From a virus (lineage: Duplodnaviria > Heunggongvirae > Uroviricota > Caudoviricetes), in the IMG/VR virus record IMGVR_UViG_3300013104_000003, positions 26,956 to 90,955 of that record: DNA of 64,000 nt; one strand, written 5' to 3'. Below are positions 54,632-62,683 of this stretch, one piece after another. Below the pieces are notes generated by a model. It was not told the DNA's origin. It ran no database searches and was given only the letters and a program-made list of their open reading frames with translations. Within the stretch, counting starts at the first letter, position 1. Each line of letters starts with the position of its first letter. The position numbers and the translations under genes were made by a program.

Positions 54632-55459
54632 CTATGCAGCGAGCCTAACATTAAGCTCTTCGCTCATCAACTTGCCTTTACCAGCTACTTGGGAGAGCGC
54701 CCTAAATAACCTATTTTGAGTCGTCTTATCCAACTTGTTGACTCGTGCCAATTCAGCGAAACCAGAGAATACTTTCTGACTTTGTTTAAGTCCTATACCC
54801 GAACCTGTAAGGCCAGAAATTAATTTGTTGTAATCTCCTGATGCATCAAGATAGTTAAAACCGATACGCTGTCCTTCACTTCGAAGGTACTGAAACGATG
54901 CGGCCCCCTGTTCCGGTGTACCACCAGCCTGTTGAACAACAGCAGATGTTTGGAGTTGGGAACTAACCACTTGTTGGTTTCTTTGGTTCAAAGCACTCAG
55001 TCCATATCCACCCAAACCTAATGCCAGGGCCGGACCATACAGACCTGAAACACCCCTGCCAATTAGACCACCACCCACAGCACCAGCAACATGAGAAGTT
55101 CTCCCACCAACACCATTTACATGAACGTTAGGTCGAATCGTTGCACTTTGCCCAGCAACACGGGATGCTTGTATGGTAGCTGCTGTCATAACGCGATTCA
55201 GATGCATTTGATCTACAGCAAACCTACTAATCTCGAATACTAGCCTAGAGGAAGCCATGTCTAAGGCGTTACCTAAGGTCGTATTCAACCTTCGTTGATC
55301 TACGTCAAATCTTCCAAGAGATAAAGTTATTGGTGTGTTTGCAAACTTACCTAACTTCTTTAATCTATTCTCAACATGGTCGAGTGATTTGTCAACTTTT
55401 TTAATTGATGACTTATCAACTTCTATACCCATGGAGGCGAAGTACTTACTAATCTGCAA
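54632..55459 (-). CDS. Tape measure protein, N-terminal part (exon 1 candidate)
   Basis: 275 aa. Gly-rich hydrophobic segment. Ends in the TMP-type motif LSQVAGKGKLMSEELNVRLAA. Confidence 0.55.
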   Translation of the reverse strand: MQISKYFASMGIEVDKSSIKKVDKSLDHVENRLKKLGKFANTPITLSLGRFDVDQRRLNTTLGNALDMASSRLVFEISRFAVDQMHLNRVMTAATIQASRVAGQSATIRPNVHVNGVGGRTSHVAGAVGGGLIGRGVSGLYGPALALGLGGYGLSALNQRNQQVVSSQLQTSAVVQQAGGTPEQGAASFQYLRSEGQRIGFNYLDASGDYNKLISGLTGSGIGLKQSQKVFSGFAELARVNKLDKTTQNRLFRALSQVAGKGKLMSEELNVRLAA

Positions 55460-55474
55460 TGTTCACTACTCCGT

Positions 55475-56045
55475 CATTTCGGTTTATTTTTAGCAGCTTT
55501 AGCTTTTTCAATAGCTTGTTGGGTAAGGGAGTCATGGACATCAAGAAGCTCAATTAACTTAAGCATTTGTCTTGTAGAATATTTCCAATCCATTTCAGAT
55601 GCCAGCTCTAAACCACCCTTCTCATGCATAGCTATACGATAGATACTCCAATGTTGGGAGAATGTTTTATCTATCTCTTGCTCTAATCCTGTCTTCCCCG
55701 ATCCAGATTGACTTTTATTGTCAATTACTCTTCTGTATCGGGTGCCTGAAAAAGTTCTTCGAAGTTAAAGTTCAACACTTCTTTATAGAGCTTATTCAAG
55801 TGAGCGTATTTACGTGCAAACTGAATGTCGAAAGATTTCTCAGTGATTTGCATATTATCTTTAGAGACATAGTTGCAGATGATTTGCTTCATTTGACTGA
55901 GGTCAGCTTTACCTTCATCAATTGCCGCTTGATGTTTTTCAATGAACATCAAACCTTTTGTGGCAGGCATAGCGGTTACCAAATAATCTTGATCATCAAC
56001 TGTAACAGTTGTTTGCTCCAATACTTCAAACTTTGGTGTAGCCAT
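55475..56045 (-). CDS. Tail assembly chaperone with a predicted -1 frameshift extension (G/GT-like)
   Basis: The 106-aa ORF is 55725-56045. Its -1 frame is open from about 55760 to a TGA at 55475-55477, about 87 codons past the chaperone stop, ending 16 nt before the TMP start. A U5 run (cttttc) in the overlap is a possible slip site. Confidence 0.5.
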
Positions 56046-56065
56046 TATTAAATCCTCTTACAAAA

Positions 56066-56563
56066 TTAAAAAACATTGTCAATAAAATTCCCTACTTCAC
56101 TGACGGCTCTGTCAAGAAGATCTGTTGCAGGCTTAGCATTACCACCAACAGTGTAGGTTGCAGTTGTCTGTGCAAACAGTTCCCAATTTCGGTATTCAAA
56201 TTGTCCAGAAAAAGAAGCAGTTGGATAGCCGGTGATAAACGCTTCATTAGAAGAGAATACACTTCGCCCAGACCTGTCTTTAAGCATTAAAGCAATTCTT
56301 GCTGTCCCTTCCTCTAGATCCAGCTCATGGATGTAAGAGAGAACATCATTACCTTGAGATGTTTGCAGTAAAGAGATAGTTATTGTTGCTGATGTATCAA
56401 CGTTTGCAACTCGTGTATTTTTACCACGAATACCACGAATCACATTAAAACCTTTTACAGTTCTAGATACTGTAATTGACTGCCAACCAGTAACTTGATA
56501 ACCACCAATTGTTAGAATCACATCTTTTGGGCTGTACGTGTTTACAGTAAAGGAGTTAGCCAA
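56066..56563 (-). CDS. Tail tube-like protein, paralog 3
   Basis: 165 aa. Shares a motif with the other two copies. Confidence 0.5.
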   Translation of the reverse strand: MANSFTVNTYSPKDVILTIGGYQVTGWQSITVSRTVKGFNVIRGIRGKNTRVANVDTSATITISLLQTSQGNDVLSYIHELDLEEGTARIALMLKDRSGRSVFSSNEAFITGYPTASFSGQFEYRNWELFAQTTATYTVGGNAKPATDLLDRAVSEVGNFIDNVF

Positions 56564-57061
56564 TTATAAAACTCCCTCTACAATAGATGCAGCACCGGAA
56601 GCAAGGTTAACAAGATCTTGCAGAATTCCGCTAGCGTCTTGGTTGCTACCAATATTGATAACCGCTTGAGATGATCTAAGTACCCATGTACGAGTGTCAA
56701 AGTTTGTACTCTGCACCATACTTGGAATCCCTTCAATCCACGTGTTAGTTGAAAAGAAGATGTCCGTTCCTGACAAATCTTTGATCAACAGTGGGAATTT
56801 TCCAACTTGACTAATTTCATCGAGTTGCCATAACTTTGTTAGAACATCGTTGGATGTTGATCCCCGGTGAAAAGTCAAAGAGATGGTATATGTTTGGCTA
56901 TTGGTGTACAACCTAGAAATTGTACCATCTGGCATTTCAGTTGAGCTGAATGGAATTCTATCTTTATTGATAGAAATAAAAGTACCATCAGCAAATCCGT
57001 TTAGTGGAATACCAAAAGCAAGGCAATTTACATCTTCTGGGCAATAGTTAGCTAATTCCAT
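56564..57061 (-). CDS. Tail tube-like protein, paralog 2
   Basis: 165 aa with GFADGTF and SNDVL motifs. Confidence 0.5.
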   Translation of the reverse strand: MELANYCPEDVNCLAFGIPLNGFADGTFISINKDRIPFSSTEMPDGTISRLYTNSQTYTISLTFHRGSTSNDVLTKLWQLDEISQVGKFPLLIKDLSGTDIFFSTNTWIEGIPSMVQSTNFDTRTWVLRSSQAVINIGSNQDASGILQDLVNLASGAASIVEGVL

Positions 57062-57065
57062 ATTA

Positions 57066-57100
57066 TTTACTCCTTAAATACAAGGGGCCTTTCAGCCCCT
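57066..57100 (-). terminator. Terminator/attenuator hairpin AGGGGC-ctttca-GCCCCT after the tube gene
   Basis: Stem 57083-57100. U-rich ttgtattt follows on the minus strand. Shares a core with the hairpin at 61126-61141. Confidence 0.5.
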
Positions 57101-57108
57101 ATTAGGCA

Positions 57109-57642
57109 TTAAGGATTCAAACGCCAGCGATCTTCAACTGTACCACCAGCAGCTTCAACAGCAGCAACTTCAGCAGGAGCCAGAGGAATATTACCACCGA
57201 TGAACAAGTCACTACCAAACAGATAGATTTGCCAATCGCGGGTAGAAGTGTCTGAACTGAACTCTACAGCAGGTGGCGCAGCAATAATAGCGCTGTTAGA
57301 AGAAACTACAGTTTGACCACTGATGTCTTTAATCGTGACAGAGAAAACCCAAGTATTGTCGCTAGTTTGAGCATCAGCAATTTGCAGTTGTTGCAGAACT
57401 GTGTTTGATGGAGAATATTGATGCAAAGTTACATCAACAGTCATACCAGTTACTTTACGTTTCACACGACCAAAAGAGTTGGAAGTGCCCACACCCTGAT
57501 AAGGTGTAGAGCTAGGCACTAACCGATTCATCGAAACGAAAGTCCCGTCAGCAAATCCGCTGACGGTGTGAACGAAGTCCCCTTTCGAAATAACAATCGT
57601 GAAATCATCAGGAGAGTAATTACCAATATAATTTGAAGCCAT
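57109..57642 (-). CDS. Major tail tube protein
   Basis: 177 aa, directly downstream of the sheath. Followed by a hairpin. Confidence 0.55.
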   Translation of the reverse strand: MASNYIGNYSPDDFTIVISKGDFVHTVSGFADGTFVSMNRLVPSSTPYQGVGTSNSFGRVKRKVTGMTVDVTLHQYSPSNTVLQQLQIADAQTSDNTWVFSVTIKDISGQTVVSSNSAIIAAPPAVEFSSDTSTRDWQIYLFGSDLFIGGNIPLAPAEVAAVEAAGGTVEDRWRLNP

Positions 57643-57657
57643 TGTTAATCTCCTAGA

Positions 57658-58941
57658 TTACACGGAAAGGTAGAATTGAATGCTGACACTGCGAATCGCG
57701 CCAGCAAGACGTGCGCGGATTACGAATACACCGGCAGCACGCTGAGCACGAAGAGTCGCAGGAATGGAAAGCACCGGTGGCGTCTGTACAGTCCAGCCAG
57801 AATCGATCATACCATTACTTTCAGCCAAACTAAGGACCGAACGGATTTCATTTTCTACAATCAAGAGGCCCGGATCAGTCATAGGGATCTTCAGGCTGTT
57901 AATAATTCGGAAATAGATACCTTCTTGCAGACGAGCTTTTAACCAGTCCTTAGAAATTTGAATGTCGATTGGCTTACCATCAAACATGTTACCGTCTTGG
58001 AATACATCAACACCGCCTTTACGACGGAAAAAGTTCCACGATTTAGCACGCAAGTTAACAATCTGAGTCGAGCTAAGGATACTACGGGTAACACCGTTAG
58101 CACGCTTGAAATCCCAGTCATTAGAACCCGGAGTAACAGCCAATTGGCTACCCATCCAAGCCGCAGCAGGGAACTCAGTAGCCGAAGTTGCAGAGTAGAC
58201 GCCAAAAGTACGTCCAGCATTCTTAGCATTCAGTTTATAACCAACATCCGTAACACCGGTAGTTGGAGCTACTGCGTCAGCCGAAGACAGACCATAGATC
58301 TTATCCATAGCTTGGATAGTGTCGGACAAAGCCTCTTGTTCAGCAGCTACTTGAGTTTCAGCAGTCAGGGCATACCAAACGTCGTTCTCTGCATCTACTG
58401 CTATCAGCGCAGCAGGCCAAGTTTCAGTGGCAGTATTCACACCAACAAGGTTTGTAGAGGCAGTAACGCTCCAAGGGTTGCCCGAAGTAGTCACAGCTAG
58501 TGTCAAGGTAGTTGTACCACCAACTGTGATACCAGCAGGAGTACCAATAGCTGCCTTTAAGCCGGTTACGATAGTAGTTGCAGTTGCACTTGTACCAGAA
58601 GTGAAGCTATATGGAGTACCGTTTAGGGTAACAGTGTAGACAGTATTATCAGCAACAGTTGGAGTAAATACAACGCTGTCAACTTGACGACGACCAACTA
58701 CGATAGATGGAGGAGTGGCGCCAATAACCGAAGATTGACCAAACAGTTGACTGGCCATTTTGTAAACATTGGAAGTAGTGGGGAAATCTCCGCCCACTTC
58801 AGTAATGCTCAAATAAGTTCGTGCACGTTCAGCAAAATTGGTAAACGTAGCAAGGATAAGGGGAATAGCAAAAGAAGCTGTGGCAATAGCGGTAGTCTGA
58901 TCGGTAATTACGACGGAGACTACATCATCCAAGTCGGACAT
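57658..58941 (-). CDS. Tail sheath protein (putative)
   Basis: 427 aa. Assigned by position upstream of the tube/TMP/baseplate genes. Confidence 0.5.
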   Translation of the reverse strand: MSDLDDVVSVVITDQTTAIATASFAIPLILATFTNFAERARTYLSITEVGGDFPTTSNVYKMASQLFGQSSVIGATPPSIVVGRRQVDSVVFTPTVADNTVYTVTLNGTPYSFTSGTSATATTIVTGLKAAIGTPAGITVGGTTTLTLAVTTSGNPWSVTASTNLVGVNTATETWPAALIAVDAENDVWYALTAETQVAAEQEALSDTIQAMDKIYGLSSADAVAPTTGVTDVGYKLNAKNAGRTFGVYSATSATEFPAAAWMGSQLAVTPGSNDWDFKRANGVTRSILSSTQIVNLRAKSWNFFRRKGGVDVFQDGNMFDGKPIDIQISKDWLKARLQEGIYFRIINSLKIPMTDPGLLIVENEIRSVLSLAESNGMIDSGWTVQTPPVLSIPATLRAQRAAGVFVIRARLAGAIRSVSIQFYLSV

Positions 58942-58971
58942 ATAATGTGATCCTTTGTTATGTAGCCATTG

Positions 58972-59511
58972 CTACGGATAAATGATACTTTCTGGAATTT
59001 TTATAATTACTGGAATCTCTGAAGTCTCATCAGCAATGACTACGCCTTCAACAGCATCAATGAGTTGGTCAGTGATAACAACATAACTAAAAGTTACATC
59101 GATGTTGTGGTATTCAACCCATTTTGTATCTCGTTTCTGAGGTGCCCTTCGAATCTGGCTTTTCCTCATAAAACCTAATTTGTTTCTATTCAACTCCAAT
59201 CTTGTAAGGGGATTGTTATTGATATTGTTGTTAAAACCCTGTGCCATGTCGCCGCTTGAACTTCCAACGAAACTAACTTGTGCCATAATTTCATAGGCAA
59301 CTTGAAAAGTTAGTGTTCCGTTGCCATTTACTAATGTTGATGTACTGTGGTGTCCTTGTTGAACAATGTTCAGAATGTTAATTACCACATAAGGGCTTGA
59401 TATTTCATCACCATTGTCGTGACTAAATTTTACAAGTGTTGTAGGATAATCAACTAAAGCTGCTATAACACCTTTGCGGATGGCTTGTCTGACATCAGAA
59501 TAAATTGGCAT
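58972..59511 (-). CDS. Neck/tail terminator-like protein
   Basis: 179 aa. Assigned by position between head and sheath. Confidence 0.4.
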   Translation of the reverse strand: MPIYSDVRQAIRKGVIAALVDYPTTLVKFSHDNGDEISSPYVVINILNIVQQGHHSTSTLVNGNGTLTFQVAYEIMAQVSFVGSSSGDMAQGFNNNINNNPLTRLELNRNKLGFMRKSQIRRAPQKRDTKWVEYHNIDVTFSYVVITDQLIDAVEGVVIADETSEIPVIIKIPESIIYP

Positions 59512-59520
59512 ATGATGTCC

Positions 59521-59901
59521 TCAATTTGGTGTCAACTCAATTCTTGCAGCTTGTACTTTGACGTGCTCAAGAATTCCCATTCCGTTGGTCCAATCATCCA
59601 CTTTCATAATTTTATAGCGAGAGTCTTTCCAAATGAATTCATCCGCTGACCAACCTCCCGTACCTTCCTTAAGAGTTCGTGCATAATCTGCTGAATAAAA
59701 CTTAACCCAATTGCGAGTCCTGTCAGATTCAGGCAACATCATAATCTCATAAGGTTTAAGGGGCTGAATATTCACTTGTAACACTACTTCGGTGGTTGAT
59801 CCTTCAATCCATTCACCGGTATCTTCATCATACGTCCCAGCAACTTGCCTATAGATAGTCAGAGGAATTTTATGTGTAAGTAGAAATTGAGGCTTTAACA
59901 T
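59521..59901 (-). CDS. Head-tail joining protein
   Basis: 126 aa. Confidence 0.4.
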   Translation of the reverse strand: MLKPQFLLTHKIPLTIYRQVAGTYDEDTGEWIEGSTTEVVLQVNIQPLKPYEIMMLPESDRTRNWVKFYSADYARTLKEGTGGWSADEFIWKDSRYKIMKVDDWTNGMGILEHVKVQAARIELTPN

Positions 59902-60383
59902 TAATCACTTCCTCTATTAGCTACTTTTGAATCGATAGAGTCGTACAGAAGACCGCTATCAATAAGTGGGTTATCAAAGCCCTTCAGTTCAACAGTCAGG
60001 GGTGCATTTCGTGGGCTATCCCAATCAGCAACAGCCTTCTTCAAATCAACCTTGGCCTGTACACCAATCTTCGTATATTCTTGTTTGAATGTACTATTTC
60101 CCGAAGCAATCCTTTGCATACTTTCTACAAATAGTTTGTCGTACGATCCCTTCTTGATAGGAGTCATAAAACCCACACGAATTGCTGGACGAGTTGGGAT
60201 GTTTTGAGCAGGAAGGCCTTCCTCTTGCCATTGCCAGACTTGAGCTACGGATAGGTTGTCATTATCAGAACCATAATATGTTGGCTCAACAATACCAACT
60301 TGAACTTCTAGATTTGATCCTTTTAGAAGCTCTTTCTTAAGTTTGTTCCAGCCGGATTTGTCTACTTTTAGTTTGAAACTCAT
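59901..60383 (-). CDS. Head closure / tail completion-like protein
   Basis: 160 aa. Confidence 0.4.
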   Translation of the reverse strand: MSFKLKVDKSGWNKLKKELLKGSNLEVQVGIVEPTYYGSDNDNLSVAQVWQWQEEGLPAQNIPTRPAIRVGFMTPIKKGSYDKLFVESMQRIASGNSTFKQEYTKIGVQAKVDLKKAVADWDSPRNAPLTVELKGFDNPLIDSGLLYDSIDSKVANRGSD

Positions 60384-60384
60384 A

Positions 60385-60837
60385 TTAAATTACCGAGTAT
60401 TCAAAAGTAGTACCAGCAGCATGACAATCAGAGCAACCACATCCAGAAGATCCGCCGCAACAAGCTTGTGCTTCCCTGCAATTGTCACCATCACAAACTT
60501 CAATATTCATAAGCTTACTTGGGCAACTGTTAGCAGACCAAGGCATCAAGCCATTAGGGATTAGTGTTCCAGGATTGCTAATAAGATAATCGAGGGCTTT
60601 TAAATATTGAGTCGAAAGACTAGACCAAACTTCGATGTCACCAGTTCTTTCGCGGGTGCTCCATCCAGCCAACTGAAAAGATGCTGCAATAGCTGCTAGT
60701 CTTGCTGCTGCAAAAACATTCTGGTTAGTCATATCCAAGAAAGCTTGTAACTCTTCGTCCGTAAAGAGTTGGTAAAACGGACTATTAGGCACGTCGCCAA
60801 TAAGAAGACGAACCTGTTCTACTGGGGTAAGAGCCAT
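60385..60837 (-). CDS. Head-tail adaptor-like protein with a Cys-rich C-terminus
   Basis: 150 aa. The C-terminus CPSKLMNIEVCDGDNCREAQACCGGSSGCGCSDCH carries 10 Cys. Confidence 0.4.
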   Translation of the reverse strand: MALTPVEQVRLLIGDVPNSPFYQLFTDEELQAFLDMTNQNVFAAARLAAIAASFQLAGWSTRERTGDIEVWSSLSTQYLKALDYLISNPGTLIPNGLMPWSANSCPSKLMNIEVCDGDNCREAQACCGGSSGCGCSDCHAAGTTFEYSVI

Positions 60838-60877
60838 AGCCTCTCCTTAAAGGAGGGCAGACAAGCTGCCCAGTTTT

Positions 60878-61105
60878 TTAGCTTGCAGGCATAATACCGG
60901 CAGCGATCAATTTAGTAAGCAGAGCATTATAAGCAGCCGTAGCCGCTGCAAGGTCTGCAAAGGTAGCTGCCTGAGCAGTAAAAGTAATTTGTTTCACGCT
61001 GCCCCTAACTGCTGTGGTAGCAGCAGGAACAGCAGTACCATTAGCAAGTTGAGTATTAAGCTGATTCACAAGGTCAAAATGACCAGTGATTGCAGTAAAA
61101 GCCAT
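60878..61105 (-). CDS. Small Ala-rich structural protein
   Basis: 75 aa, downstream of the MCP terminator. Confidence 0.4.
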   Translation of the reverse strand: MAFTAITGHFDLVNQLNTQLANGTAVPAATTAVRGSVKQITFTAQAATFADLAAATAAYNALLTKLIAAGIMPAS

Positions 61106-61106
61106 A

Positions 61107-61141
61107 TTTTTATTCTCCAGAATAAGGGGCCTTTCGGCCCC
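61107..61141 (-). terminator. Terminator hairpin GGGGCC-tttc-GGCCCC after the major capsid gene
   Basis: Stem 61126-61141. ttattctgg follows on minus. Confidence 0.5.
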
Positions 61142-61148
61142 AATTCAA

Positions 61149-62225
61149 TTAGGCGAGGTACAGACGTACAACAGCTTGTGGATGGAGCAGAGCGTTCAGG
61201 AAGTTCTGTTCTGTCATGATTTCGATGATGTCATCTTTCTCATTCAGATATTCGAACCAGTAGCTACCTTGGGCAGTACGGTTGATAGAACCAAAACGGT
61301 TAGCCGGAGCGTAGTAAGTTTCGAACAGATCATCAGTGCCCATTGGGAATGCATAAGCATCGCCTGCTGGAATGTAAGGAACGAAAGTACCACCTTGACC
61401 ACCAATGGTGTAACCACCACGATATTCAACGAAGGTCATACCCCACAGAGTCAGCGAGCGATAACGAGCATCCAAACCAGCTGCTTGTGGACGACCAGTC
61501 AGAATCGACAGAGATTGCGATTGTTGGAAGTATTTAACAGCATCAGTTACGAATGGGTTGGTCCACAGTGCGGAGAAGAAGGTTGGCGAGCACAGTACCA
61601 TGAAACCAGTCATGATAGAACCGGAACGATAACCGTCTTGGATGCCAGCAATTACTGCTTCAAACTGAGCACGGGGGTCAGTTGCACCTACCAGAGTGAT
61701 TGGCAGCTCAGTACGAGTAACACCAAACTCGGTGTAATAGTTGGTAGTAGCTACGGCACCTGCACGAAGAGTACCAGTTGGTGCATATACAGTACCAGTG
61801 GTAATCAGTTGAGCACGAGCTGCTTCAAGAGTCAGAGCGTGGGTTTTACGCAGACGCTCCATCTTACGCAGACGGATACCAGCTACAGTCTCAAGGTTGA
61901 TAGCATCGCTAACGTTGTCAACAGCAATGATACCGTCAATGTCGTTAGGGGTGATTGCATCATCCATTGGGAAGTGAGGGATTTTCAACAGAAGACTGTC
62001 ACGGGTCAGAGGACCAACAGTGCTGTTACGTTCATCCCAGTTGCGGTCTACGGCGATAGATTGCTGGTCGAATTCACGAACAATTTCAATACGCTTTTGA
62101 GACGAGTAGCGATCACGGAAGATACCCATGTCATTGATCAGACCCCATTGGTTGGGGATTACTTCAAGAACGTCGGTACGGTCTACTACGCGGTTAAGAT
62201 TACTACGATCAAATACAATTGCCAT
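61149..62225 (-). CDS. Major capsid protein (HK97-fold presumed)
   Basis: 358 aa. Lies downstream of the protease/scaffold and decoration-like genes and is followed by a terminator. Confidence 0.65.
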   Translation of the reverse strand: MAIVFDRSNLNRVVDRTDVLEVIPNQWGLINDMGIFRDRYSSQKRIEIVREFDQQSIAVDRNWDERNSTVGPLTRDSLLLKIPHFPMDDAITPNDIDGIIAVDNVSDAINLETVAGIRLRKMERLRKTHALTLEAARAQLITTGTVYAPTGTLRAGAVATTNYYTEFGVTRTELPITLVGATDPRAQFEAVIAGIQDGYRSGSIMTGFMVLCSPTFFSALWTNPFVTDAVKYFQQSQSLSILTGRPQAAGLDARYRSLTLWGMTFVEYRGGYTIGGQGGTFVPYIPAGDAYAFPMGTDDLFETYYAPANRFGSINRTAQGSYWFEYLNEKDDIIEIMTEQNFLNALLHPQAVVRLYLA

Positions 62226-62239
62226 TTATTTTATATTCC

Positions 62240-62683
62240 TTAAGCTACAGTGAGTTCGACAATTACGCCTTGCTTCTTCAGCACTTCTTTCAGGCTGGCG
62301 AACTGGGTGGCGTTAAGGTTTGCGTGACGCAGTTTGATGTAATAGTCTTTCAGTTGAACAGGACCACGTTTGAAAGACACGGAGTTGAATACACCGGCAG
62401 TAATAGCGTTTGGTACATAGGAAGCGTTAAAACCAAAAGCATCACCAAAAACAACCGCGAATTCGTTAGTTGCAACGATATCCGAAGCGTTTACCAGAAC
62501 AGCATAAGCAGCGGCTGGATCAGTGCTAGCTGCACGGAAAACAACAGTACCCATCAGAACTGGAGCAGATGCAGCAGGTGGGGTTACGTTAATGCATTCA
62601 CGAGCATAACCTACAGATGGGTCCAGTTCATGAAATACGAGGTCAGAGAAGAGTGGTTCAAGAGGACGCGCTACTACAGGCAT
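62240..62683 (-). CDS. Capsid decoration-like / head accessory protein
   Basis: 147 aa between the protease-scaffold and the MCP. Confidence 0.35.
   Translation of the reverse strand: MPVVARPLEPLFSDLVFHELDPSVGYARECINVTPPAASAPVLMGTVVFRAASTDPAAAYAVLVNASDIVATNEFAVVFGDAFGFNASYVPNAITAGVFNSVSFKRGPVQLKDYYIKLRHANLNATQFASLKEVLKKQGVIVELTVA

Noticed and set aside
57958-58500. 180-aa plus-strand ORF
   Set aside because: Antisense to the sheath gene. Ser/Arg-rich low-complexity product.
61086-62243. 385-aa plus-strand ORF
   Set aside because: Antisense to the major capsid gene within the minus-strand late operon.
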